From IMG/VR virus record IMGVR_UViG_3300045988_034311, positions 1 to 28,411 of that record: a stretch of DNA of 28,411 nucleotides. One strand, written 5' to 3'. Positions within the stretch are counted from its first letter, which is position 1; each line of letters opens with the position of its first letter. Shown piece by piece: positions 1 to 6,441 of the stretch. The translations under genes were made by a program, and so were the position numbers. The notes beneath the pieces are model-generated. The model searched no databases. It was not told where the DNA came from and saw only the letters and a list, made by a program, of their open reading frames with translations. Source of the DNA: a virus.

Positions 1-119
1 ACTTTTTTGTGATGACCGGTACTGCTTCGGCTGCCTTGAGAGCAGTGTCATAGTATTGTGTTTTACGCATTTCGATACTCCTCGTTTATGGTATAAGATC
101 AAGCCGTTTGCTTGATATA
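1..119. repeat. Terminal direct repeat, left copy (identical to 28293..28411)
   Basis: Read by eye, bases 1..119 match 28293..28411 exactly. The repeat covers the 5' end and upstream region of the minus-strand gene 28060..28362. Confidence 0.95.
98..116 (-). promoter_or_regulatory. 7-bp-stem hairpin at the predicted 5' end of the transcript from the 113..151 promoter
   Basis: atcaagc (98..104) pairs with gcttgat (110..116) around the loop cgttt. It lies between the predicted -10 and the RBS GAGGAG of gene 28060..28362 (equivalent to ATG at position 70). Confidence 0.3.
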
Positions 120-151
120 TATAATATATCACATATAGTGGGATTAGACAA
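113..151 (-). promoter_or_regulatory. Leftward sigma-A-type promoter, member of the conserved early promoter family
   Basis: Minus strand reads TTGTCT (151..146), a 17-nt spacer, TG-A-TATATT (131..123), then ATATATATCA. The 21-mer TGATATATATAATATATCACA (113..133) recurs at 24670..24690 and 27956..27976. Confidence 0.5.
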
Positions 152-1010
152 TCAACGGCACGCCATCGCCGCCATCTTCGGGGGAAAATTCACGCTCCAA
201 CGCTTCCACTCCGCCGGTGGCACCCCAATACGCACGCCTCGCACGCAGAACGGTCGCCACGTCGGCGGACACGGAATCGGGAAGCCTATGGGCCATCCAA
301 TTCGACAGCTGCGCTTCGCTGCGCTGCTCCTGCCTATGGCCCCTCCAATTAATCGGGTTGGCCAGCCACACGGGCAGAGTCCGCACGTACTGCAACGGCG
401 TACCCTCGCACGATTCCACGAAACGTTTCGCCGCTTTCATAAGCGCGTCGGCCCCAACCTCGTCGTAAGCCGTATTGAAATACATGAGGAATTCGTTAGA
501 GACTCTGCATTTCTTCGGCCACAAGTCCATAAGCGCCTTGAGCGTTTCCGATGAATGGCAGGCGACTGTGTTTTTTTCTTCTTCGCGCGGGGATTGTTCT
601 TGGGTTTTGTTCTTATGGGTATTGTTAGTCAAAAGCAGGTTTTGGGGTGGGTCAAAAGCAGGTTTTGAGGGGTCAAAAGCAGGTTTTGGGGTCGGTGCAG
701 GGTCATAACCCTGTTTTGGGGTGGGCTTCCACAGCGAGACGTGATACCGGTTGGCCCTGCCATCGGACTTGACCCGTCGAATGTACCCCAGTTGCTCAAG
801 CCTGTTGAGGCTCTTGGATACCGTGGGCTGCGAGCAACGCGCGATCTTCGCCAGCCGCTCCAGACTCGGCCAGCATACGCCGGTGTTGTCGGCGTGACGT
901 ATCAGCGCCATGTACACCAGCAGGTCGTAGCCGCCCAACCGGTCATCATCCACCGCCCAATTCGGCAGCATCGAAAAACCCGAGTTCTGTGCTATACTCG
1001 TATCGGACAT
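144..1010 (-). CDS. Replication-initiator-like protein with an N-terminal winged HTH (HTH_36-like), a Pro-rich repeat linker and a C-terminal domain of unknown function
   Basis: 288-aa ORF with RBS AAAGGTGGA upstream of the ATG. The N-terminus (LPNWAVDD...YDLLVYMALIRHADNTGVCWPSLERLAKIARCSQPTVSKSLNRLEQLGYIRR) looks like phage or plasmid replication wHTH proteins. The linker is encoded by the iteron array. Confidence 0.7.
   Translation of the reverse strand: MSDTSIAQNSGFSMLPNWAVDDDRLGGYDLLVYMALIRHADNTGVCWPSLERLAKIARCSQPTVSKSLNRLEQLGYIRRVKSDGRANRYHVSLWKPTPKQGYDPAPTPKPAFDPSKPAFDPPQNLLLTNNTHKNKTQEQSPREEEKNTVACHSSETLKALMDLWPKKCRVSNEFLMYFNTAYDEVGADALMKAAKRFVESCEGTPLQYVRTLPVWLANPINWRGHRQEQRSEAQLSNWMAHRLPDSVSADVATVLRARRAYWGATGGVEALEREFSPEDGGDGVPLIV
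628..725. repeat. Iteron-like direct repeats (candidate origin of replication) inside the initiator gene
   Basis: gtcaaaagcaggttttgggg at 628..647, gtcaaaagcaggttttgagg at 651..670, gtcaaaagcaggttttgggg at 672..691, and a degenerate copy gtcataaccctgttttgggg at about 701..720. Spacings are 23, 21 and 29 bp. A T-rich stretch at 566..627 flanks the array. Confidence 0.6.
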
Positions 1011-1027
1011 ATTTCCACCTTTCTGTT

Positions 1028-1060
1028 AGCGCCTCCCTTCAGTTTTCTCGGGGAGGCGCT
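1028..1060 (-). promoter_or_regulatory. Perfect 10-bp-stem hairpin in the predicted 5' UTR of the initiator gene
   Basis: agcgcctccc (1028..1037) pairs with gggaggcgct (1051..1060) around a 13-nt loop. The arms carry an SD-like GGGAGG and its complement CCTCCC. It lies 18 nt upstream of the start codon region. Confidence 0.45.
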
Positions 1061-1111
1061 TGCTTTATTCCTGTTCGTATTTTATTTAATGTTGGTGAGC
1101 CCGGTTCAGTG

Positions 1112-1151
1112 CTCATATATATATTATATAGCTAGCATATGCTAGTTGCAA
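1112..1151 (-). promoter_or_regulatory. Leftward promoter for the initiator gene
   Basis: Minus strand reads TTGCAA (1151..1146), a 17-nt spacer, TATAAT (1128..1123), then ATATATATGA. It follows the same layout as the three other leftward promoters. Confidence 0.5.
1132..1145. promoter_or_regulatory. Perfect 14-bp palindrome ctagcatatgctag, candidate operator
   Basis: The sequence is self-complementary. It fills the 17-nt spacer between -35 and -10 of the leftward promoter and abuts the shared TTGCAA hexamer. Confidence 0.45.
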
Positions 1152-1174
1152 TCAAGGATAATCTGAGGTATATT
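1146..1174 (+). promoter_or_regulatory. Rightward promoter, possibly producing a leaderless mRNA for the 1181 gene
   Basis: TTGCAA (1146..1151), a 17-nt spacer, then TATATT (1169..1174). The ATG at 1181 lies 7 nt after the -10. TTGCAA is its own reverse complement and is also the -35 of the leftward promoter. Confidence 0.4.
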
Positions 1175-1180
1175 AAAATC

Positions 1181-1363
1181 ATGTACGCTAAAGACTTCAT
1201 CGCAACGACGGAGCAGTACGCGGAACGCTGGCACCTCAACGTGCAAACGGTACGCAGATACTGCCGTGAGAAACGACTGCCATACATCAAGGTAGGCAAC
1301 CGCTACTACTTCAACCCCAACATCACACCACTACCAGTAGGAGAAACGATCACCGATGAATGA
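1181..1363 (+). CDS. Small excisionase/MerR-type HTH DNA-binding protein (HTH_17-like)
   Basis: MYAKDFIATTEQYAERWHLNVQTVRRYCREKRLPYIKVGNRYYF matches the Xis-type HTH pattern. It is the first rightward gene. The start could instead be ATG 1139. Confidence 0.6.
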   Translation: MYAKDFIATTEQYAERWHLNVQTVRRYCREKRLPYIKVGNRYYFNPNITPLPVGETITDE

Positions 1364-1811
1364 CCCAAGAATCACGCTACCGCTCGCACGCTTGGCGGCA
1401 GACCCCGAACGCAAACAGACCCGCAACGGCACCCCATACCTGCTTATCCGAGTCGCCGCCACAGGCGGACATGTGGACAAGACCACGAAGCAATGGGTGG
1501 ACCACGACACCATGTGGGCCACCATCTTCGAGTATGACCTGCGACTGGCCGAAACCTACGAACGCATGTTGCGCAAGGGCACACCAGTCCGCGTCGAAGG
1601 CGTCCTCAAGTGGAAGACCGGAACCGACAATAATGGTCAGCCGCGCACCGACTTCACCATCGAACACGCGATCATTAGTCTCGCCATGCTCAAGGCGAAA
1701 ACCCAGCAGGCTCAGCAAGACCAGCAGTCCGGCACTCAATGGCCGGGAACAGACCAGTTCGGCCCGACCGACTCATCCAACCAGACCGACAACGAATGGA
1801 GCGTGTTCTGA
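1356..1811 (+). CDS. ssb: Single-stranded DNA-binding protein
   Basis: 151 aa with an OB-fold-like N-terminus (ITLPLARLAADPERKQTRNGTPYLLIRVAAT...), a Gln/Gly-rich linker and an SSB-like C-terminal tip DNEWSVF. It overlaps the upstream gene by 8 nt. Confidence 0.75.
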   Translation: MNDPRITLPLARLAADPERKQTRNGTPYLLIRVAATGGHVDKTTKQWVDHDTMWATIFEYDLRLAETYERMLRKGTPVRVEGVLKWKTGTDNNGQPRTDFTIEHAIISLAMLKAKTQQAQQDQQSGTQWPGTDQFGPTDSSNQTDNEWSVF

Positions 1812-2056
1812 TGGCTACCAACGTCACCGAGAAAGACAAGACGCTCAACGAGATCATCGACTGGTGCGAACAGTTAGCAGCGGAAGGCCTGAGACTGGCG
1901 AGCGTTCTTCTGATGCAGCATGACATGGACTCATATGGTGTCGTGCGTGGACAAGTCAACGCATACGAAAAGACGGCCGACCACTGCCGTTCCATGCTCG
2001 GCTATACCGGCAACATGCCCACGGAAGTACCGAATCAAAGCGAGGACACGAAATGA
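1811..2056 (+). CDS. Hypothetical protein
   Basis: The ATG overlaps the ssb stop (TGATG). 81 aa with coding-like composition. No motif recognised. Confidence 0.5.
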   Translation: MATNVTEKDKTLNEIIDWCEQLAAEGLRLASVLLMQHDMDSYGVVRGQVNAYEKTADHCRSMLGYTGNMPTEVPNQSEDTK

Positions 2057-2436
2057 GTGACAAAGTCAACCATCCAAAGTATTACAAGGACAGCCCGTTC
2101 GAGTGCATCGAACTCAGCCGAATGCTCTCAAGCAACTGGGGTCAAGCCGTGCAGTATTGCTTCCGATGGCAGCACAAGAACGGCGTCAAAGACCTCAAGA
2201 AGGCGCGCTGGTTCATCAATGACGCAATCACACATAATGTGCCGTTCTTCGCCGCGTGCTGCAAACAGAACGCCGACATACTCGAAGCTCAGGCAATCAG
2301 GCTTCTTGGCATCCTTCAGGCCGAGAACTGGGCTGATCTTGAACATTTCTGGCGGAAACTCAAGTGGGGAGACCGCGTGGACGTGCTCGAAGTCCTCACC
2401 GAAAAGATCAATGAAATCGAAAAGGAAGGAAAGTAA
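2053..2436 (+). CDS. DUF3310-family protein
   Basis: VNHPKYYKDSPFECIELSR...GQAVQYCFRWQHKNGVKDLKKARWFINDAI matches the DUF3310 signature (HPxHY ... KY..R...K.. DL.KA.WY). ATGA start/stop overlap with the upstream gene. Confidence 0.7.
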   Translation: MSDKVNHPKYYKDSPFECIELSRMLSSNWGQAVQYCFRWQHKNGVKDLKKARWFINDAITHNVPFFAACCKQNADILEAQAIRLLGILQAENWADLEHFWRKLKWGDRVDVLEVLTEKINEIEKEGK

Positions 2437-2441
2437 TCATC

Positions 2442-2705
2442 ATGAAAGGAGCAACCGTGTCTAAAACTCAGCAAATTCTTCTAATGCGGCAGCAGGTTGC
2501 CGATCTATGCCATACCAGCGAAAAAACCATAAGACGCCTAGAAGCAGCCGGGGAGCTTAAAAGCATAAAGCTTGGAAAGCCTAAGACTGATCGCGTTCGC
2601 GATAATCGGCCTGTTCGATTCCGCATCGGCGACGTGGCAGAGTTTCTAGGTGTCACCGTCGAGGACGTAAGGGAAGCTCTCACCGAACTCGTAGACCAGC
2701 GATAA
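2442..2705 (+). CDS. HTH DNA-binding protein (HTH_17-like)
   Basis: QQVADLCHTSEKTIRRLEAAGELKSIKLG...VRFRIGDVAEFL. An alternative GTG start at 2457 has a better-placed AAGGAG. Confidence 0.55.
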   Translation: MKGATVSKTQQILLMRQQVADLCHTSEKTIRRLEAAGELKSIKLGKPKTDRVRDNRPVRFRIGDVAEFLGVTVEDVREALTELVDQR

Positions 2706-2779
2706 AGGAGAACATCAATGTTCGATGAAATCATAGATCAAGCCATCGAAGACGCCACCACCGATTGAAAGGAATCATC

Positions 2780-2914
2780 ATGACCGGATATCTCGTAACG
2801 GACGAACAACTGCGTTACGCAATACACTCGGCCATAAGAGCTCTGGACCTTAGCAAGCAAGATGAGAGAATTACACCATCAAATCAACGGGCAAAGTCTC
2901 AGATAAAGTTCTAG
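2780..2914 (+). CDS. Small hypothetical protein (44 aa)
   Basis: RBS AAGGA lies 6 nt before the ATG. It sits in the AT-richer patch. The ORF is below the length cut-off of the supplied track and was translated by hand (MTGYLVTDEQLRYAIHSAIRALDLSKQDERITPSNQRAKSQIKF). Confidence 0.35.
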   Translation: MTGYLVTDEQLRYAIHSAIRALDLSKQDERITPSNQRAKSQIKF

Positions 2915-3075
2915 AATTATTGGCCTCATTGAAGATCGCCGAGAACGCCAAACAACATTCCAGCCGCGAAACCGATATGAGCGAGCACCCATTTATCCGA
3001 CTCGAACCAAACGAACTCGTTAAGATGATCTGCTCGGCCTATCAAAAAAGGTAAAGAATACTAGGAGGATTAACC

Positions 3076-3687
3076 ATGAAATTCACGAAACGTGCCTACG
3101 TCAAAGTTTGGCAGAACTGCCCAGAAGATGAACGCGAAGACACCACCATAACCCTCTATGACTACGAGGACGCGAACGAACTCAACAGTATCCCGGTCGC
3201 CCTGCTCTACCTGCTGGAACGTTATGCGTTCGTCAACAGTATGAACGAATTCAACATTCTCGAATGCTGCCTCACAGCTGAGTCATTCGATCTCATAGGC
3301 TTCGTCAAAACATACCGGGCCATGCTCAGCAAAACCGAAGACTTCTGGACGTCAATGAAGTTCATCACCGCCAGCCCGAAACCAGTGGACGGCATCCCAC
3401 CCGTCTCATACTGCCCACGTTGCGGAGCATTGATCTGGCCAGACACCACACAACACTACACCAACGGACAAGCAGAAAACGACGCAGAATACTACAAGCG
3501 AATTCTCGAAATCTACAAGAACAACCCAGACCCGCTGTTCTGCCACAATTGCGGGCAACGCTTCAAATACGTCGGCCAAGACCAACTAGCCTACAAGCAT
3601 CAAAGCAACCGTGCTGACATCCTGCGCACGCTCAAGCTCAAGGCGGAAACGCAACCAACGTTCGATCTGGCGGAGATCAACCAATGA
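3076..3687 (+). CDS. Hypothetical protein with a C-terminal split zinc ribbon (CPRC ... CHNC)
   Basis: Strong RBS AGGAGG before the ATG. 203 aa and visibly less GC-rich than its neighbours. The two CxxC pairs lie about 50 aa apart. No family recognised. Confidence 0.6.
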   Translation: MKFTKRAYVKVWQNCPEDEREDTTITLYDYEDANELNSIPVALLYLLERYAFVNSMNEFNILECCLTAESFDLIGFVKTYRAMLSKTEDFWTSMKFITASPKPVDGIPPVSYCPRCGALIWPDTTQHYTNGQAENDAEYYKRILEIYKNNPDPLFCHNCGQRFKYVGQDQLAYKHQSNRADILRTLKLKAETQPTFDLAEINQ

Positions 3688-4133
3688 CCGGCGAACCATA
3701 CTCATTCAGCCTGTTCATTCCCGGCATCCCAGCCAGTAAAGGCTCCTACCGTCCAATCACCGGCAGGAGCCGCACCACCGGCAAACCCGTCACCCGTCTC
3801 ATACCAATGGACAAAAAAGAACGCCCGTGGCGCGACCATGTACGCGACACCATCCTCAGCCACGAACACCCAACCATTCCCCACGACTCATACGTGACCG
3901 TAGAAACAACGTTCTACCTGCCCCGCCCCAAAACCATCCCACCAAGAAAACGAAAACACCCCACAGTCAAACCAGACATAGACAAACTCCAACGCGCCCT
4001 ATACGACGCCATCACCGAAACCCACATCTGGCACGACGACTGCCAGATCACCGACGTAATCAGCCACAAACGCTACGCCGATGACACCCCTACCGGCGTA
4101 TTCCTCACGATCACATGGGAGCCGAACCAATGA
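3684..4133 (+). CDS. rusA: RusA-family Holliday junction resolvase
   Basis: F.IPG.P.SKG ... KPDIDKLQRALYDAITETHIWHDDCQITDV matches the RusA signature. ATGA overlap with the upstream gene. Confidence 0.8.
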   Translation: MTGEPYSFSLFIPGIPASKGSYRPITGRSRTTGKPVTRLIPMDKKERPWRDHVRDTILSHEHPTIPHDSYVTVETTFYLPRPKTIPPRKRKHPTVKPDIDKLQRALYDAITETHIWHDDCQITDVISHKRYADDTPTGVFLTITWEPNQ

Positions 4134-4306
4134 ACAAGCCAAACGAATTCGACTACTTCCGCAACACCAACAAGCCGGAGAAAAACACGCCCGGCTACAA
4201 GCTGGGCCGTATCCTCGGCGTCCTACTACTCACCCTAGCCGTCCTCTTAATCACTACAGGCACCATAGCCCTGCTTAAACTCCTGATAACCTACATCCTC
4301 GCCTAA
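4130..4306 (+). CDS. Small membrane protein (one TM segment)
   Basis: The ATG overlaps the rusA stop. The C-terminus is hydrophobic: ILGVLLLTLAVLLITTGTIALLKLLITYILA. Confidence 0.5.
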   Translation: MNKPNEFDYFRNTNKPEKNTPGYKLGRILGVLLLTLAVLLITTGTIALLKLLITYILA

Positions 4307-4316
4307 AGGAACCATC

Positions 4317-4466
4317 ATGCCTCTCAGCCAACGCAAAACCGAACTAGCCCTCCACTGGCACTGTAAACACTACGACATCGAATACATCGCCACCCTACTC
4401 AACACCACCCCGGAAGAAATACAAACCATCATCAACCAACACCAAACACAAGCTAAACCCAAGTAA
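4317..4466 (+). CDS. Small hypothetical protein (49 aa), possibly HTH-like
   Basis: RBS AAAGGA lies 6 nt before the ATG. Hand translation: MPLSQRKTELALHWHCKHYDIEYIATLLNTTPEEIQTIINQHQTQAKPK. Confidence 0.4.
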   Translation: MPLSQRKTELALHWHCKHYDIEYIATLLNTTPEEIQTIINQHQTQAKPK

Positions 4467-4481
4467 GCATAAAATACCCCT

Positions 4482-4871
4482 ATGAGCAACGTAACCCGAG
4501 ACGCGCACGGCAGAATCACCGGAGGCGTAAACAATCCGACCGGAAAAGGCGGCTTCCAAGAACGCCCGCAAGACCGAGGCACTTGGACAAAAGACACCAG
4601 CCCAACCCGATGGATAAGGGAATACGGGAAACTCTCCGCCAAGGAATTCGCTGAGAAAGCCAAAGACCCGAGCTTGACCATGATCCAACGTATCGCAGTC
4701 AAACACATTCTTGACGCGGAGAAGAACCCGAAAGTCGCTACCGACCTGATCGACCGTTTGGACGGTAAGCCCCACCAGTCCACCGACGTGAACGTGACCG
4801 GCTACGAGCCGCCACGCATCGTGTTGGAACCATTCGACGATAACCCCGAAAACAAGAAAGACGGTGAATAA
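4482..4871 (+). CDS. terS: Putative terminase small subunit
   Basis: It sits just upstream of the large terminase. The Gly/basic N-terminus (NPTGKGGFQERPQDRGTW) and DLIDRLDGKP resemble small-terminase sequences. No strong RBS. Confidence 0.5.
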   Translation: MSNVTRDAHGRITGGVNNPTGKGGFQERPQDRGTWTKDTSPTRWIREYGKLSAKEFAEKAKDPSLTMIQRIAVKHILDAEKNPKVATDLIDRLDGKPHQSTDVNVTGYEPPRIVLEPFDDNPENKKDGE

Positions 4872-5119
4872 TGAGTAAACCACGCTTGCAAGTCCAGACC
4901 ATGAAAACAAGTGATCTGATCCCATACGCTCGAAACGCGAAACAGCATCCAGACGAGCAGGTGGCGCAGATCGCCGCGTCTATCCGTGAGTTCGGTATGA
5001 ACGACCCGGTGGCTGTCTGGCATGACAAGGACGGTACGCCGGTCATTATCCTGTATGAGACCATCGTCTACCCGCTTATTACCCGCCACGTTATCAAGTG
5101 GGCGAAGACTCTAGACTAA
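4871..5119 (+). pseudogene. Truncated ParB-like nuclease N-terminal domain (remnant of a ParB-domain, possibly methyltransferase, gene)
   Basis: LIPYARNAKQHPDEQVAQIAASIREFGMNDPVAVWHDKDGTPVII is the conserved N-terminal ParB-N motif block. The sequence diverges just before the expected GHGR-type motif and stops after 82 aa, 4 nt before terL. Confidence 0.55.
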
Positions 5120-5123
5120 AAGT

Positions 5124-6383
5124 ATGAAGATAGCTAAACCGTACCGTGACTTATGGTGGTGGCTCCACTCGGAGACGCCACCATACCGGTATTACTGCTA
5201 TTCCGGTGGCCGAGCAAGCGGCAAGAGTACAAGCGTGGCGCAAAGTCTCATACTCCGTGCCGCAACCCAGCCCATCACGGTATTGTGCGCCCGCGAATTC
5301 CAGAACTCCATCACTGATTCCGTGCATAAACTGCTGGCCGACATTATCGAATCGTTCGGCGTCAAGGGCTTCGAGGTCACGCGCGACTCCATCCGCCACA
5401 TCAACGGGAGCCTATTCATTTTCCGTGGCCTGCACAACAATCTGCAATCGATCAAGAGCATCGAGGGCGTGGACGTGTGCTGGGTGGAGGAAGCGCAGAC
5501 CATCAGCAAGGAAAGCCTGACCACACTCATACCGACCATACGCCGACCCAATTCCACTCTGATCTTCACTTGGAACCCGCTGACCAGTCACGACCCGGTG
5601 TGGACGTACTTCATCACCGGTGATTCGGAGGAACGCCGCCGCCAGACCTGCCACTGGCACACCACCTACAATGACGTGCGCCGCCTGTTGAGCCAAGACG
5701 TGCTGGATATGATACGCGCCGACCAACAGTCTGCGGACTACGCGCACATCTGGCTGGGCTTACCGTACTCCGATACCGATAACCAGCTAATCACCGATAC
5801 GATGATAGGCGAAGCCGTCCAACGTGAACCATTGGACGGCCCGGTAACGTTCGGCGTGGACGTGGCCCGATACGGCACCGACCGAACCGCGCTCTGCATC
5901 AAACAGGGCAACCGAATCACCATATTGGAATCGTGGACACACAGCAGCATCGTGAATACTGCGGAACGCATCAAACTCCGTGCAACCCAGTACAAGCCAG
6001 TCGCCATCCGCGTGGACGATACCGGCGTGGGCGGAGGGTTGACAGACCTGCTCAAGACAAACGGCCTGCCCGTTGACGCCATCAACTACGCCGGTAAGGC
6101 GAAAGACGCGCAGTATCCGAATATTGCTAGCGAACTATGGTTCGACTTCGCCACCATGCTCCCCACATTGAGCATCAACCCTAATCTTGATGACTTCGCC
6201 AAACTCTCCACCGAGCTGACCACCAGACGGTGGAAAATCACCAGCCGAAACCAACGCCAGATCGAAAGCAAACAGGACTACAAAGACCGAGAGAACTTGG
6301 GCAGCCCCGACCTTGCAGACGCTGTACTGTTGGCTTGCTATGAACCGCCGAAGCTACCTTCTTGGGACGTAGCCGTTTGCTAG
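5124..6383 (+). CDS. terL: Terminase large subunit (Terminase_3 / PBSX-like)
   Basis: Walker A is SGGRASGKST and Walker B-like is VDVCWVEEAQ. The C-terminal nuclease region includes FGVDVARYGTDRTAL. 419 aa. Confidence 0.9.
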   Translation: MKIAKPYRDLWWWLHSETPPYRYYCYSGGRASGKSTSVAQSLILRAATQPITVLCAREFQNSITDSVHKLLADIIESFGVKGFEVTRDSIRHINGSLFIFRGLHNNLQSIKSIEGVDVCWVEEAQTISKESLTTLIPTIRRPNSTLIFTWNPLTSHDPVWTYFITGDSEERRRQTCHWHTTYNDVRRLLSQDVLDMIRADQQSADYAHIWLGLPYSDTDNQLITDTMIGEAVQREPLDGPVTFGVDVARYGTDRTALCIKQGNRITILESWTHSSIVNTAERIKLRATQYKPVAIRVDDTGVGGGLTDLLKTNGLPVDAINYAGKAKDAQYPNIASELWFDFATMLPTLSINPNLDDFAKLSTELTTRRWKITSRNQRQIESKQDYKDRENLGSPDLADAVLLACYEPPKLPSWDVAVC

Positions 6384-6441
6384 GTTTAAGCCATGCACCC
6401 CGGTAGACTAGACATAGGGTCTTAGATGAATCGAGGAAACC

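Noticed and set aside
1-119. The terminal repeat as a physical DTR or cos-type end
   Set aside because: The repeat boundary falls inside a gene and inside a promoter motif, and TerL is of the headful-associated type. An assembly overlap of a circular or permuted genome is more parsimonious. It is kept as a finding because read data could decide the question.
628-725. The direct repeats as a possible CRISPR array
   Set aside because: The repeats are only ~20 bp, with 1-9 bp between copies. They lie inside a coding region and no cas genes are present. Iterons are the better explanation.
108-1145. Plus-strand ORFs 108..554, 217..468, 475..708 and 741..1145, antisense to the initiator gene
   Set aside because: None has an RBS or a recognisable motif. 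The minus-strand frame has a convincing wHTH domain and start context.
1360-1923. 187-aa ORF in an alternative frame overlapping ssb
   Set aside because: The translation is Pro/Ser/Thr/Arg-rich and low in complexity with no RBS. The ssb frame has OB-fold and C-terminal tip features.
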